From positions 186,001 through 250,000 of the forward strand of contig CP110440.1 of the NCBI GenBank assembly GCA_026914245.1: DNA of 64,000 bases. Reading direction: 5' to 3'. Below are positions 1-11,183 of the stretch, one piece after another (position 1 is the first letter of the stretch; every line of letters begins with the position of its first letter). Origin of the DNA: Puccinia triticina. Taxonomy: Eukaryota. The position numbers and the translations under genes are program-made. The notes under the pieces are model-generated. The model did not search any database. It saw only the letters and a program-made list of their open reading frames with translations, and had not been told where the DNA came from.

Positions 1-699
1 CATTTTGTCACATTCATGAGGCTAGCAGTTACTGCACCACTCTGTAGTTGTCTTGTAAAAATGGTGGGTAAATACAGGGTAATTTAGCATTAGGGTGGCA
101 GTGCTAACCACAACTTTTCCTTTGCAGTGTTACAATTCTGCCACCCCTGCTAAGCTATTTTATGCTCTGAAACAGTCCTTGCAGCGGAAAAAAAGTCTAA
201 AAATCTGCTAAATAGTGCTGTAGCGCAGCGTAAAAGGCGCATGTTTGTGTCCTTTGCGTGTAACTTCAGCACAGAGATGGTTCAATTCTGCTACTTGACA
301 CCAATTTGTAGCGGAATTGTGATACTCTAAGGTGAAAATAGCTGTTGCAGAATTCCTTTTAGCTGATAACAGAGAGGTTTTTAATTCACAGTTCCTTTGA
401 AGATGTGATATCTATCTGCAAAGGGATTTCACACCACAGTAAAAAGAATTTGGGGATGCAAGAGTTGATTTGGAAATGTAAAACATGGGTTAGGATTGTA
501 ATGAACTTGACTTCAATATGAATTCAATGTAGTTGAATGATAATTCACATTGAATAGTTACATATCAATCCAAATTCGATTGGCCTATTGTTATTTCCAA
601 GTAATGAAACAATTCAAACATCAGATAGTAAGGAATTCCGCCTCAGTTCAGACAAAAACTAGCACCAAATTCAGTTGTGGCACTTCATGGGGAGTGCCC

Positions 700-2790
700 C
701 CAAAGCTTCCCTGGAGAATGGTCAGGACATCCTCAGGATAATAATTTACCGCTTAGTTGAGAAGCATGGCGGAAAATTTGAGCTGGAGTCCATGCCACTG
801 GATTTTGTTTGGCTGGCTTGGAGTCACACTGGAGAATATCTTGCCAAAACAATGCAGTTGGTTGTCAAAAAGGTTGATGTTCAAGATATAGTAGGTAAAT
901 TAATCCCTTCTTCTTCTTGCTAGACATTTTTACGACCTGATTCATCCCCTCCTAATCAGATTTGTGGCATCATTGCCAACAATGCCTCAAATAACTTGTC
1001 AATGGTGGCGGCAATGAAAAAGTTTAAATGGCCTTGATTCAAAGGTGAACCGCAGTGGATCAGATGTTTTGCACATATACTCAATTTGAATTTCCATTCA
1101 ATCATGTGACCTTTCAAGAAAGTCAAAAATAAAACTACTGGTAACCTGGTGTCCAATCTCAAATCAGATGAGGAATCAGAATATGAGGATGCTGAGAATC
1201 AGATCCGTAGGCAAGTTCTTTTATCATTTAATAAAAGGTAAAAAAGATTCTGATCTTTGAGTGGCCACATAGATACAAGAGCAAGGTTTCCATATGTGGG
1301 GAAGATGATCCTGCAAAAGGGGACCCTGCTGACAGTGAAGATTTGGAAGAATACATCTGCAATGATGGGTTGTAGTCTGACTTTGAAGAGAATGACCTCT
1401 ACATTTTGGTTTTGTGCAAGCAAAGCTTAAATAAGGTAAATGATTGAACTCCGCACGTGTTTCATAATCTCACAGTACTTCTTCCTAGTTCTGTGGCATA
1501 GCTCGCAAGCTGCGCAAATCTTCCAATTCAAAGGCCAAGTTCATCAACCTATGTGCCAAAATGGAATGCTCAAAACCTCACAACATTGCGAGAGATGTCC
1601 AAACACAATGGAACTCCACCTTTGCTCAGCTCAAAGGCATCATCCAATGTGAGAAAGCAATGTGGGTAACTTATCTGAGATGCTCATTTAACATGAAAGC
1701 TGATTATCATTTACGGGGCAGCTTCATATGGCAAAAGGACCACAAATGTGGGCTGCCTTGGCGCTATCACATGAGCAAGGTTGATATACACTTGGCTTGC
1801 GACTTGGTTGCAATCCTGCAGATTTTCTATGAACAAACACTCCAAATATCTGTGTCTGAATCCGCTCGACTGACTCACATTATTGTCTTCATAGATGAGA
1901 TAACCAAACATCTTTCAAATGTGATCAAGGGAGACAGCAACAAATACCCACCTGCACTCCAAAATGCATGCAGACTTGGCCTTCAGCTCACAAATAAATA
2001 TTACACACTTACTGACTGCTCACCATTGTATTGCATTGTCATGGGTGTGTCCTGATTCTCTCTCAATCCCATCTGATCATGCTAAACCCAATATATTGTC
2101 CTGGTTCTCTCTCAATCCCATCTGATCATGCTAAACCCAATCTATTGGCATACCTTTTGAACAGTACTCCACCCATCCTTCAAACACTGGTACTTCAAGA
2201 TTGCTGGCTGGGAAAAGACTTGGATTGATGAGGCACTTTGGCTGACTCGTGAGATGTTCAATACATTATACAAGCTGCCACTCAAATCTCTCCCCTCCAG
2301 TCAATCAACGAAGTCAAGCAAGGTGGGCTTTTTAGATAATCAATCAGAATCCTGACTTGCTCAGCTGACCACTGATTATTTCAGTCCAAGTTGCACAGCT
2401 TGCATTGGCTTCTCAATTGGTTCAGTCCTCAAACAATCCACTCGCTATCTGGCTATCTTCCGGCCTGATTTTAGACAATGTCACCCTGAGCAATGCACTT
2501 GAGTGGTGGATCCAACAAAAGCACACTGAAAATACCCACTGTGGGCTTGTGCAAATGGCCCTTGATGTCCTCAGTTGCCCAGGTAAGTAATTGTAACTTG
2601 ACATCATTTTGGTCTGCACATCTGATTGTTACTCAATCTAGCTACTTCCGTCAATGTCAAGCGGGCTTTCTCATTTGGGCGGGATTATCTATCGGAAAAA
2701 AGAAACCGCCTCAGCCCAGTTTCTATCACCAGGGGGATGTCTGTGGCTTTTTACTCAAAAAAAAATTAAAAGAGGGATTGTAAAAATATA
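700..2790 (+). pseudogene. Degenerate hAT-family transposase remnant
   Basis: Broken frames carry hAT motifs: HTGEYLAK, IANNASNN, IRCFAHILNL (CxxH), RDVQTQWNST, LTNKYY, and a dimerization-domain segment WW...GLVQMALDVLSCP|ATS..VKRAFSFGRDY. Several TGA stops sit where Arg would be expected (e.g. near 1034 and 1107). Confidence 0.8.
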
Positions 2791-2905
2791 CAGCCCCATA
2801 AACAATAGGATTCAAACTTTTACAGTGATAATCAAGTTGGGTTTATAGGATTGATTTGTGGATATGGTACATCAAAGACAATTCATGCAGGAAGGAGGAA
2901 TAATA

Positions 2906-4174
2906 TCAGTTAACTATGTCATACTTTGCATGTAGGATTATGTGCTTACCATTTCTTAACAGCTCATAATTATGCCTGTTTAAAATTATTCCATGTGACC
3001 CATGGTAATGTGGGTTGAAATTATATTGCCGGACAAAAACATTTGGTTTTGTATCAGCTACAACAGCAATGTTGTATTTGTTCTTTTTTGCAAATGCATA
3101 AAGAGCTATATCGTGTGTGTAACCTGGCCTTCCATCACTTGTGAGTCCCTCAATATAATCATTCACCGATGTTTGTTTTTGAAGGCGTTTTGGAAGGTGA
3201 TGTTTAAAATTGTTGTAGTTCTTTAATATGTATTTAGATATGTCCTGCTTGACTTTGGTAGCTTGGCCTTGATCTCCGTACCTGATTTCTGCAAGTGCGT
3301 TGTATAGACTATTTGGACCTCTACCTATATGGTTGTGAGTTCGTATAAATTTTCCAGGAAGATAATCAACATGGCTCCTGTCGGCGGTGATTGGAAGTAA
3401 AGTTGTAATTGGCTTTGCAAGTAATACTTCAGCTGCCATTTGATTGTGTTGTTGTATTGCAATATTGGGGATGATTTCTGGACGAATATGGTAGTGTGGA
3501 GGGAAGATAGACCCCGGAGGGACGGTAGACTGAGGTTGTCCGTGAGGCATCACATGGGATGAACCCCAGGCTGGGTGATGTGGCTGTTTGCCAAATATAT
3601 TTGCCCAAACTGGTTAAAGAGATTAAAAGGCATTGATCCACATGATGATTAGTGGGTGAGATGCCATGACACAAGTTCTGTTTAAAAGGTGAAAACAGTC
3701 TCAAAACTTACTTCGATCAATCCAGCGCTGTGAGAAGCGGAAATCAGTCAAGAATGTAACTAATGCCTTCCATTTTCTTTTCATCCAGGATTCCTTTGGT
3801 ACAAATGGGTAGTAAGCGTATTCAAAATTCCGTCCGTAAATCGTGTTGGGCTCAACCAAATCCTGTCCCCGTGCGTTGACTCCATTCAGATTTTGGGGAT
3901 CAATTGATACCATCTTATCTTTGTTAAGATTTCCCCAAGCTTCTTCAGGTTTACCCGTGCCTACAAGGCTGCTGGCATGGCCGGACTGCCCGCTGATTCG
4001 ACTTGCAGAGGATGTTCTAACAGCTCCCCCAAGAGCTTCCATTCCCTCTACCACAACAACCCCAAGAATGAGAAATGTGAAGCATAAGAATAATAATTTT
4101 TTGACCGAGACAGGTCTGGAGGAAGAGGTTCCAGGATGATGTGAAACACGACTATGGTGTTTGTAAGCAGTCAT
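2906..4174 (-). CDS. Secreted protein with C-terminal OTU-like (pseudo-deubiquitinase) domain, paralog A
   Basis: Exons 4174-3712 and 3609-2906; GTAAG donor at 3711 and CAG acceptor at 3610 join in frame (WIDR-IWANIFGK). Hydrophobic leader KKLLFLCFTFLILGVVVVEG-M. OTU-like block GRGPNSLYNALAEIRYG...VKQDISKYILKNYNNF...ALYAFAKKNKYNIAVV...RHNYELL. A possible further intron starts at 2949 (GTAAG), so the 3' end is uncertain. Confidence 0.75.
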
Positions 4175-6083
4175 TTCAATCTTCCTCTTGGTACTGGTGT
4201 TTATAATTCTAATTAAGGTCAAGTGTTCTTCAACGGTGAGATAAAGTAAAGTCGTGTTCAAAATACCAAAAAAGAAAGTCAATAGTTGGTCTCCGGCTGA
4301 TGCTTCGTGAAGATTAGGCCAGGATATATATGCGCGGAACGATAATGTGTGACCCAAGAATGCCAGACAGGCAATAAGGGGCACCCAAGACGCAAAGTTT
4401 CATGATCCTCGATGTTACAAGCCTGGTGCGCTTGCTTCTGATTCGGTCGGGAACTTCTCCGGCTGCAGTGCAAACCTCGACGCGACTGTGTCAGCAGGGC
4501 TGGCCTCTTATTATCATACGTAACTTCCGGTCTCATTACCCGATTTGGTCATAGTCAGGATGGGTCGAAGGAGACACTGTGGTGAAGATCCGCTGATACC
4601 TTGTGGGTTATCGGTCGAGCAGAGAAGATGACGGCAGGCCTGGATTTGTCGACTCCATCGAAGACGGTTAAAGTACTATGTCTGGTCGTTACACTATTCG
4701 ATAAAATTGCATAAATATGCACTGCTATGATGTGGTATTCCTCGGTGGGTCTCTCGGGTCGCCGCTTGGTATGAATCCCTTCGACCAAGCAGCTTGCCAT
4801 AATCCTGACTCATGGCGGATACAACAGCCGTGCCTGATCTCCCAACCTCTCCCTCCTGCTGACTTATGTACATAACCAAGCCTCCGGCCTGTCGATGGAA
4901 CCTGGGGTGCAGTGCACCTCGATGCGTTCGCGCGAGGATGCTTCGTGCCAGCCCAGGTTGTACATTTGGAGCAAGGGACTTGGAGTCTTTAATACGTCAG
5001 ACGACTCTGTGAGGAAATATACCATCGTCGATTCAGAATATGCTCAGTTCGGTCACCAAAGTGTGGTGATGCATAAAATTTATTTTTCACAATCATTTTG
5101 TTGTGCTTTTTCCACAATCCATAAACATCGCTGCACTAAACTTGAAGCATATCAGTATCACTGATCAACCACTGGAATTCACTATGTGGGTAAGGGGGAC
5201 CGACAAAGAAAAAGCTGTCCGAGATGTCGGTCCAGCGCCTCCATACAAAATTGGCAACAAAACACCAAGAAATATTTTTGGTCCCCATCCGGAAACCCTT
5301 AGTGCAGGCCCGTGATGTATCTGGACTGCTCGGCTAGGCACACCATTTCAAGTAACCTCAATGATCACCTAGGGTGTGCCAAACCAGGCCTCGCCAACAT
5401 TAATAGAATGGCCCTGGGCCTTCGTGCAAATGGGCCAGTTCGGCGTAGGCGGAGTCCCACTCCCGCATAATTTGGAGCACGTTTTACCTTGTACGCCATA
5501 ATGTCAGGCGTGCGTGATGTGCGAGTCCAATCCTCCCTGACCGACACGGGCTTTGCACGCCCTTTTGGAGTGCACGCAGTCAGCTCCTGGCCTGCATTTA
5601 GGTCAACCGTACTTTTTCCATATGTATCTATCTCTTTTGACTATGATCTCGCCTGGCAAGATGGCCTCTAAAGGCTTTCAGAGCTGTGCTTGCGGACACC
5701 CATAGTCCCCCTCTCATCATTGGTCAAGAAAATCATCTACATAATTCTTGTTATTCTAGTGTACTGAGAGTGTATCAAGTATCTGGCAGAAGCGTGCATT
5801 ATGGCCGCGTGTGCACCAAGAAATACATGTGTACATGTATGTTTTACGCAATCAAGGAAGGAAAATGTGAAATGATACAGTTTTTGTTAACAATCTGATG
5901 GGTGCTAAGTGTTCGTATTTTGGGCGGCGAGATCGATCGGGTTGCCAAATGCCAAGCATAAGTGAGTGTGTCTGCGCTTCCTCTTGATTGACAAAGATTC
6001 GGGATGGAGAACGTGATGAAGCTAGGGAGGTCCATCTGGGGATGTGTGCCGTCTGAGTGTGTAGCCAAACAGGAAAAACCATT

Positions 6084-7502
6084 CTAGCCAACCGGTTGTT
6101 TGGATTTTGGTGGCATAGGGTCCTCGTAGCGCAAGAGTTCATAGTGTCCGTCTTCCACACTTATTCCTTTGTATTCCCTCTTGAATGGGTCGATGGTGTG
6201 CTTGTCAACACGCACGGTGTTTCCTGTCTTCGATACAAGAACGACATTTGACTTTTGGAGATCTGCGAACGCGGCAAGTTCGACACCATCCAATTGAGCG
6301 TCTGAAAGTCGATAAAGACGATTGTCGATTGAAATTGTATTGCGATTTGGTTCGTTCGTAGTGAGATATCGTGAAAATTGCTCGGGGTTATTTCTGATGT
6401 GTTCGATCAATTGTTGCCTGACCTGCTCGTGTAGCTCTTGGTCTTTGAGCTTGATGTGTGCAAATGCTCTATACAAACCCTGGCGATCTTCTATGAACTT
6501 GTCAGTTCGTTCAGAACCTGGGAGATACTCGACGGGAGTCACGTAGGCGGTCTTGGGTACGTCCATCTCCACCCTGGTGCCCAGCAAAGCCGTTGAGGCC
6601 TCTGAGAGCTCCGGTCTTGTCGATATAAGTGGAGGTTTGGAGAGTGCTGTGGAGGAATGGGCGACCTCGTTGAGTGTCTCGACGGGGGTTCCCACGGCTG
6701 TTTGGGGGAGTTCGAGCAATCGGTCAAAAGTTGTCATTGGGGGTACGCACATAGCAGATTATAAGAAGCAATGACGGAAACTTACGTGGATGGAAAGGTG
6801 GTTGGTAGTTAGGGTGGTAATCTGATGGCAAAGAACAATACTCGGTCAAGGATTATTCTTGGTGGTATATACATAATAGGGCTTGCAATGATTGCACATC
6901 CTATCCTGAGGAAACTTACATGGAGCGGAAGTGGTGAAATACGGCTGGGGCTGATGATCTGGAGGTGTGAGACAAAGAGGAGTGGTACTGTTAGTCTTTC
7001 TCAAGGGAAGGATAAATAGGTAGATGATCTGGAACTCTACCAGAGGATATAAGGGCTCACTTTGGCGAAATAGAAAATTCCAGAGCCAGTCCCTGGTCCG
7101 CTCGACACGATCAGCAAGTGATCTGTAGAGGCCTTTGAGATGACGAAACAGTCCATGGAGGGAATACCTTCGGGGAGGGGGGTGGACGTATATTGGGGAT
7201 CCGTAGTAACTGTGGGGGAGTGATGATGCTGGATATGCGTAGCCGATGGGTGGCTCTGCATTTTTTGTGTCGAGGCCCTGCTGCAAGATCTTCGTTTCGG
7301 CCAACGTTTCCTCTGCACCTGCGGCGCCGTGTCCGGCTTTCACGGCGGTGCTGGCAGGTCCCAATTCGGCTCCAGCTTTGAGTGCCATTCCTTGCACCAC
7401 GCCCAGCTCGAGCATGAGAAATGTGATGGAGCACCCCAGCAAGACCATCTGTCGGAAGGCGAAATGAAAGTGATTGGCACGGCAAAGAGTGTGGGCAGTC
7501 AT
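6084..7502 (-). CDS. Secreted protein with C-terminal OTU-like (pseudo-deubiquitinase) domain, paralog B (about 376 aa)
   Basis: Exons 7502-7061, 6958-6920, 6821-6786, 6697-6084; all GT..AG and frame-consistent. Leader MVLLGCSITFLMLELGVVQG-M. OTU-like block EDRQGLYRAFAHIKL...HEQVRQQLIEHIRNNPEQFSRYL...GVELAAFADLQKSNVVLV...DGHYELL. Confidence 0.8.
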
Positions 7503-8700
7503 TTGAGTACAATTGGCGCTCTGCAGTGTGTAGGTCCAGATCGGGCCGGCTGGGCAATTGGCAATGGTTGGAATGAGCGAGTAGAGTCCGAGGGGAGAGA
7601 TGGATGTGAGGTCTCCTGGTGGATAAAACCCAGCCTAAGCTTATATAAGGGCGGATGGTCCAATGGCCATGCCGGCCCAGGAGATATCTGTGGCGAGGAC
7701 ATGTACAGTCGACCTGGACCCTGCATGGCTGTCCCCCCAGAGCTGAAACATGTTTGAAGGCGTTTCCGGATTCGAAGGCGAGCCCGGTCAACTTGATCCG
7801 CCGCGCAGGTCGGCTGTGGTGGGGTCGAAGGCCCTGCGGCAGAGCAAAGCACGGCCTGGAAGAACCGCCGAAGCGCCCTTTCCCCCTAGCGAACACCTTC
7901 CGTAGATTCCGTCTCATGTATGAATTTGAACCCATGGATACATACACCTGAGTTGCCAGGGCATGTGCGCTTTCGCGTGCGGCGTATCCATCCAACCAGC
8001 TCGCGGGCAGCCGATGCGTGCTCGAGTGCGCCTCTGGTGGATGTCCGGGCAGCACTACACATTTCCTTGGGATATGTATGTATAGTTATACGCTGTCATC
8101 TCCGACGGGACATTTTCAAGGCGAGCGTTTCATGATCGATGGCCAGGCAAACGGCGAATCCGCCATGAGCTGTGGGCGAGCCATTGGTTCTGCCCTGTGG
8201 TGGCTCAGGGTAGCATGTGTATGGCCTATGGGCATCGGCCCGCCCGCGGATACTTGGCTGGCTGAGTCGGAGGGCACATGTAAGCATGTGATGTAGAGGC
8301 CGACGCGGGCAAAAAAACATCCCTTCCGAGGGCAACTGCCAAAGGCGGCCCCTACATATACACAAATATAAGGGCCTCGAGGCTCTAGCGAGGCTCTGTA
8401 GGTAATATCTATTAGTCGACTGGGGTGATTTATTGAGGTGGAACGACACCACTTCTACAAGAAATTCCCCACGCCCCATGCTCGTCTCTTTGGCTTCCTG
8501 ATACTACTGCGGCTCTCACATCCAACTGCTTATCATCTCCAGCGTCAGTGGAGCCAAGACCTTCCCAACCAACGGGCGATTCAGGGCTGTTCCACTCAGT
8601 CTCCACCTGTTTAGATATCCTGCCTGCTTCATATATCTTCAACGCACCTATTATTAACGCTCCTAGCTCTATCCTAGCCACCTCGCCGCGGATATACGTT

Positions 8701-10441
8701 ATGGATTCTAGAAGGTTCTTCGATCGAATCGATCGGCTCCAATGGCCTCCGATGCTCAAGCAGGAATACGAATACTGCCAAAGTCTATTTGGCCAACGCA
8801 TGGTCCTTCACGATCGGCGAGTCAACTTCAAGCCGGTCATCATGCCCCTCACCGCCAGCTTCTTTTTCCTCTGGGTCTGCGCCGTCAGTTTGCCTGAAAA
8901 AGGTCCTGGGCCAGCACTCTTCCGGCTCGCAGTTCTCCCATTCCTGCTCGCTGGTGCATTTGACCTAGCTGTAAACAAAACCTACAGCTTGGGCAGTCCT
9001 CTCCGGGACGTCATGTTCCCGTACTGGGGATGTCTGATTGCCTTCCGGATAATAGACATGGCACTCGTGAGCTTGTGGGACGAAGACCCGGCACCAAAAT
9101 GGATCAAACCCAGAAGTGTGCCCGAGCTAGCAAAACTTCATCCCACCAAATCAACTGCCGGTTCGAAAATTAACGAGAAAAGGGACGATGACGACAACGA
9201 TAACGATAACGACAACGGCAACGGCAACGAGGAGGAGGAGCAGGAGCAGGAGCAGGTTTCGCTCGCCCCGTTTCGTCAAGGCAAGGGTACCAGCAAGGCC
9301 ACCTGCGAAAGCCGCTATCTTTGGAGACCTGTGCCCCACTCGCCGCTCTTCTCTTTCGATAGAGCATTATACGGCTTGGATGTTATTATGTTGAATAGAC
9401 CAGGAACTCCTTGGCTATTTCCCTGGCGCCTACGCTCTCTAGACTGGTCTCTAGTCGCACTTAACGGACAGCGACGCGAACAGCTTAAATTCGGCAAGCC
9501 CGAATGGCCGTTTCTCTTGGCTCTGGTCCAGCAAGTTTTTCATTTGATGGCGCACAACTATATCAGAACTATGGACCTCGACGGCGAGAGACGCGAAACG
9601 CGAGATCTGTGGTCAATTAAGCTACCAGACCAGATCCTCGTCACGTTAGCTCTGGGGGCAATCGTTGCTTTGAGCAGCTCCTTGGAGGTAATCAGTGATT
9701 CCGGAAATACTAACTTGCTTCACAATCTATTGGGAAACTATCCCTGGGCACTTGCAGATGCTGACTTTGCTATTCATATCTTCTAGGAAGCTATCACCTT
9801 CCCACTATTGTTGAACTCGAAATTATTACCCGAGACGGCCTTGCTGGGTAACACCAGACGTGCAATACTTTCTAAAGGATTGGCAGAGCTATGGGGATAT
9901 CGCTGGCATCACAATTGGAGAAGGAGCTTTGTCCGCACTGCGCGACTGTTTCCTGGGGGTTTAAGTTGTAAGGGGAACGCCCTCTGGACATTTTTTCTTA
10001 GGTACTTGGCTTCCTCCTCTACTTTCTGCGAACCTTGGCCGAGCTCTAAACTAGTCACTTTGTTTCACTTTTTTTCCCCCCATTTTCATCCTTTCCCTTC
10101 CCACATACGAAAGTGGTATGATGCATTCTATAATGCTTGCGCGAGCTTACCCGACACCAACTCTCAGCCGCCCCTGTACGATTTTACCAATCTTTTGGGA
10201 GCCGGGAATGATGTTGTTTTTCATGGCACAAGGCGTAGGGACACTGATTGAGAAGACGTACTTTGGAACAAGGAATGCCTCAGTTTTGAGACGAATTTGG
10301 ATGTGCGTGGTCTTGATCGGTACAGGGCGGTACCTCGTTAACTCGATGGTAGTGAAAGGTTGGCTATCAGCCTACGAATGGAATCAAATGAACTATGCCA
10401 ATGTCATCTCCGACATATTCGGACGAAGCATCCCGGTATAA
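8701..10441 (+). CDS. Membrane-bound O-acyltransferase (MBOAT_2 / wax-synthase-like)
   Basis: Multiple hydrophobic segments and LAELWGYRWHHNWRRSF motif. Splicing introns 9688-9786 and 10002-10113 gives FFLSGMMH (putative catalytic His). Start codon uncertain (8701 or later). Confidence 0.75.
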
Positions 10442-11183
10442 CATCATCAAGCCTTCCACTTCGGAACCGAAACACGATACGAGTATTTGAAAGAAGAACA
10501 AAAAAACTTACATAAATACATATGCCGCTTGCTTGATGTAAAAATGTGGCTAATATATCCGGTGGCAATGTCATAATTTTGTTCTCGATTACCATTTTGC
10601 TTAAATCTTTTCATTTGAATCTCCTCATCCAATAGCTTATTTATCATCAACTAGTAACGTGTTGCACCAATGTCCCTACCAATTTTAGTCGCGTATGTAC
10701 ATAGAACTTATGATCAGACTTTGGGATCACTCCGCGCTCGTGAATTGAAAAGCGCACTCCAGCAGCTTTATTATGTGAGATGATGCCGGAGTTTGTAGGC
10801 AAATGGAATCAGAAAAGGGAAGAGGTTCTATGTAGTTGGAAAACCTGGTGCCCTTGTAAATGATCGCGGGAGGCAATCCTACCGAGATAAAAATACTTGC
10901 ATCTGAATCAACTTGATTACAATCTCAACTCCGATTAATTTGAGGTTTTCTGATACTAAGTACTGTAATCATCATCAGTCACAGCAGCTTGTAATTTACA
11001 AAGGAACAACACGATTAACAACATGGCCTAATGTTCAAAAGCTTGGTAGATTTTCAAGAAGACTCTATACACATGAAACAACAACTCGAAATTAAAGCCA
11101 ACATTTGTTCTTGTACATAACAACACTTCACTTCTCAGTTAAGACAAATAACTAATTCTTACAAATTTTTCAGGATGATTTGA

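Noticed and set aside
1..400. TGCTA/TAGC-rich stretch resembling a TE terminus
   Set aside because: Truncated by the window edge; no partner TIR or TSD is visible.
7111..8055. 314-aa ORF overlapping OTU-like paralog B
   Set aside because: Alternative frame in GC-rich sequence with a non-ATG start. A TATA-like TATAAG near 7642-7647 upstream of ATG 7502 favours the other model.
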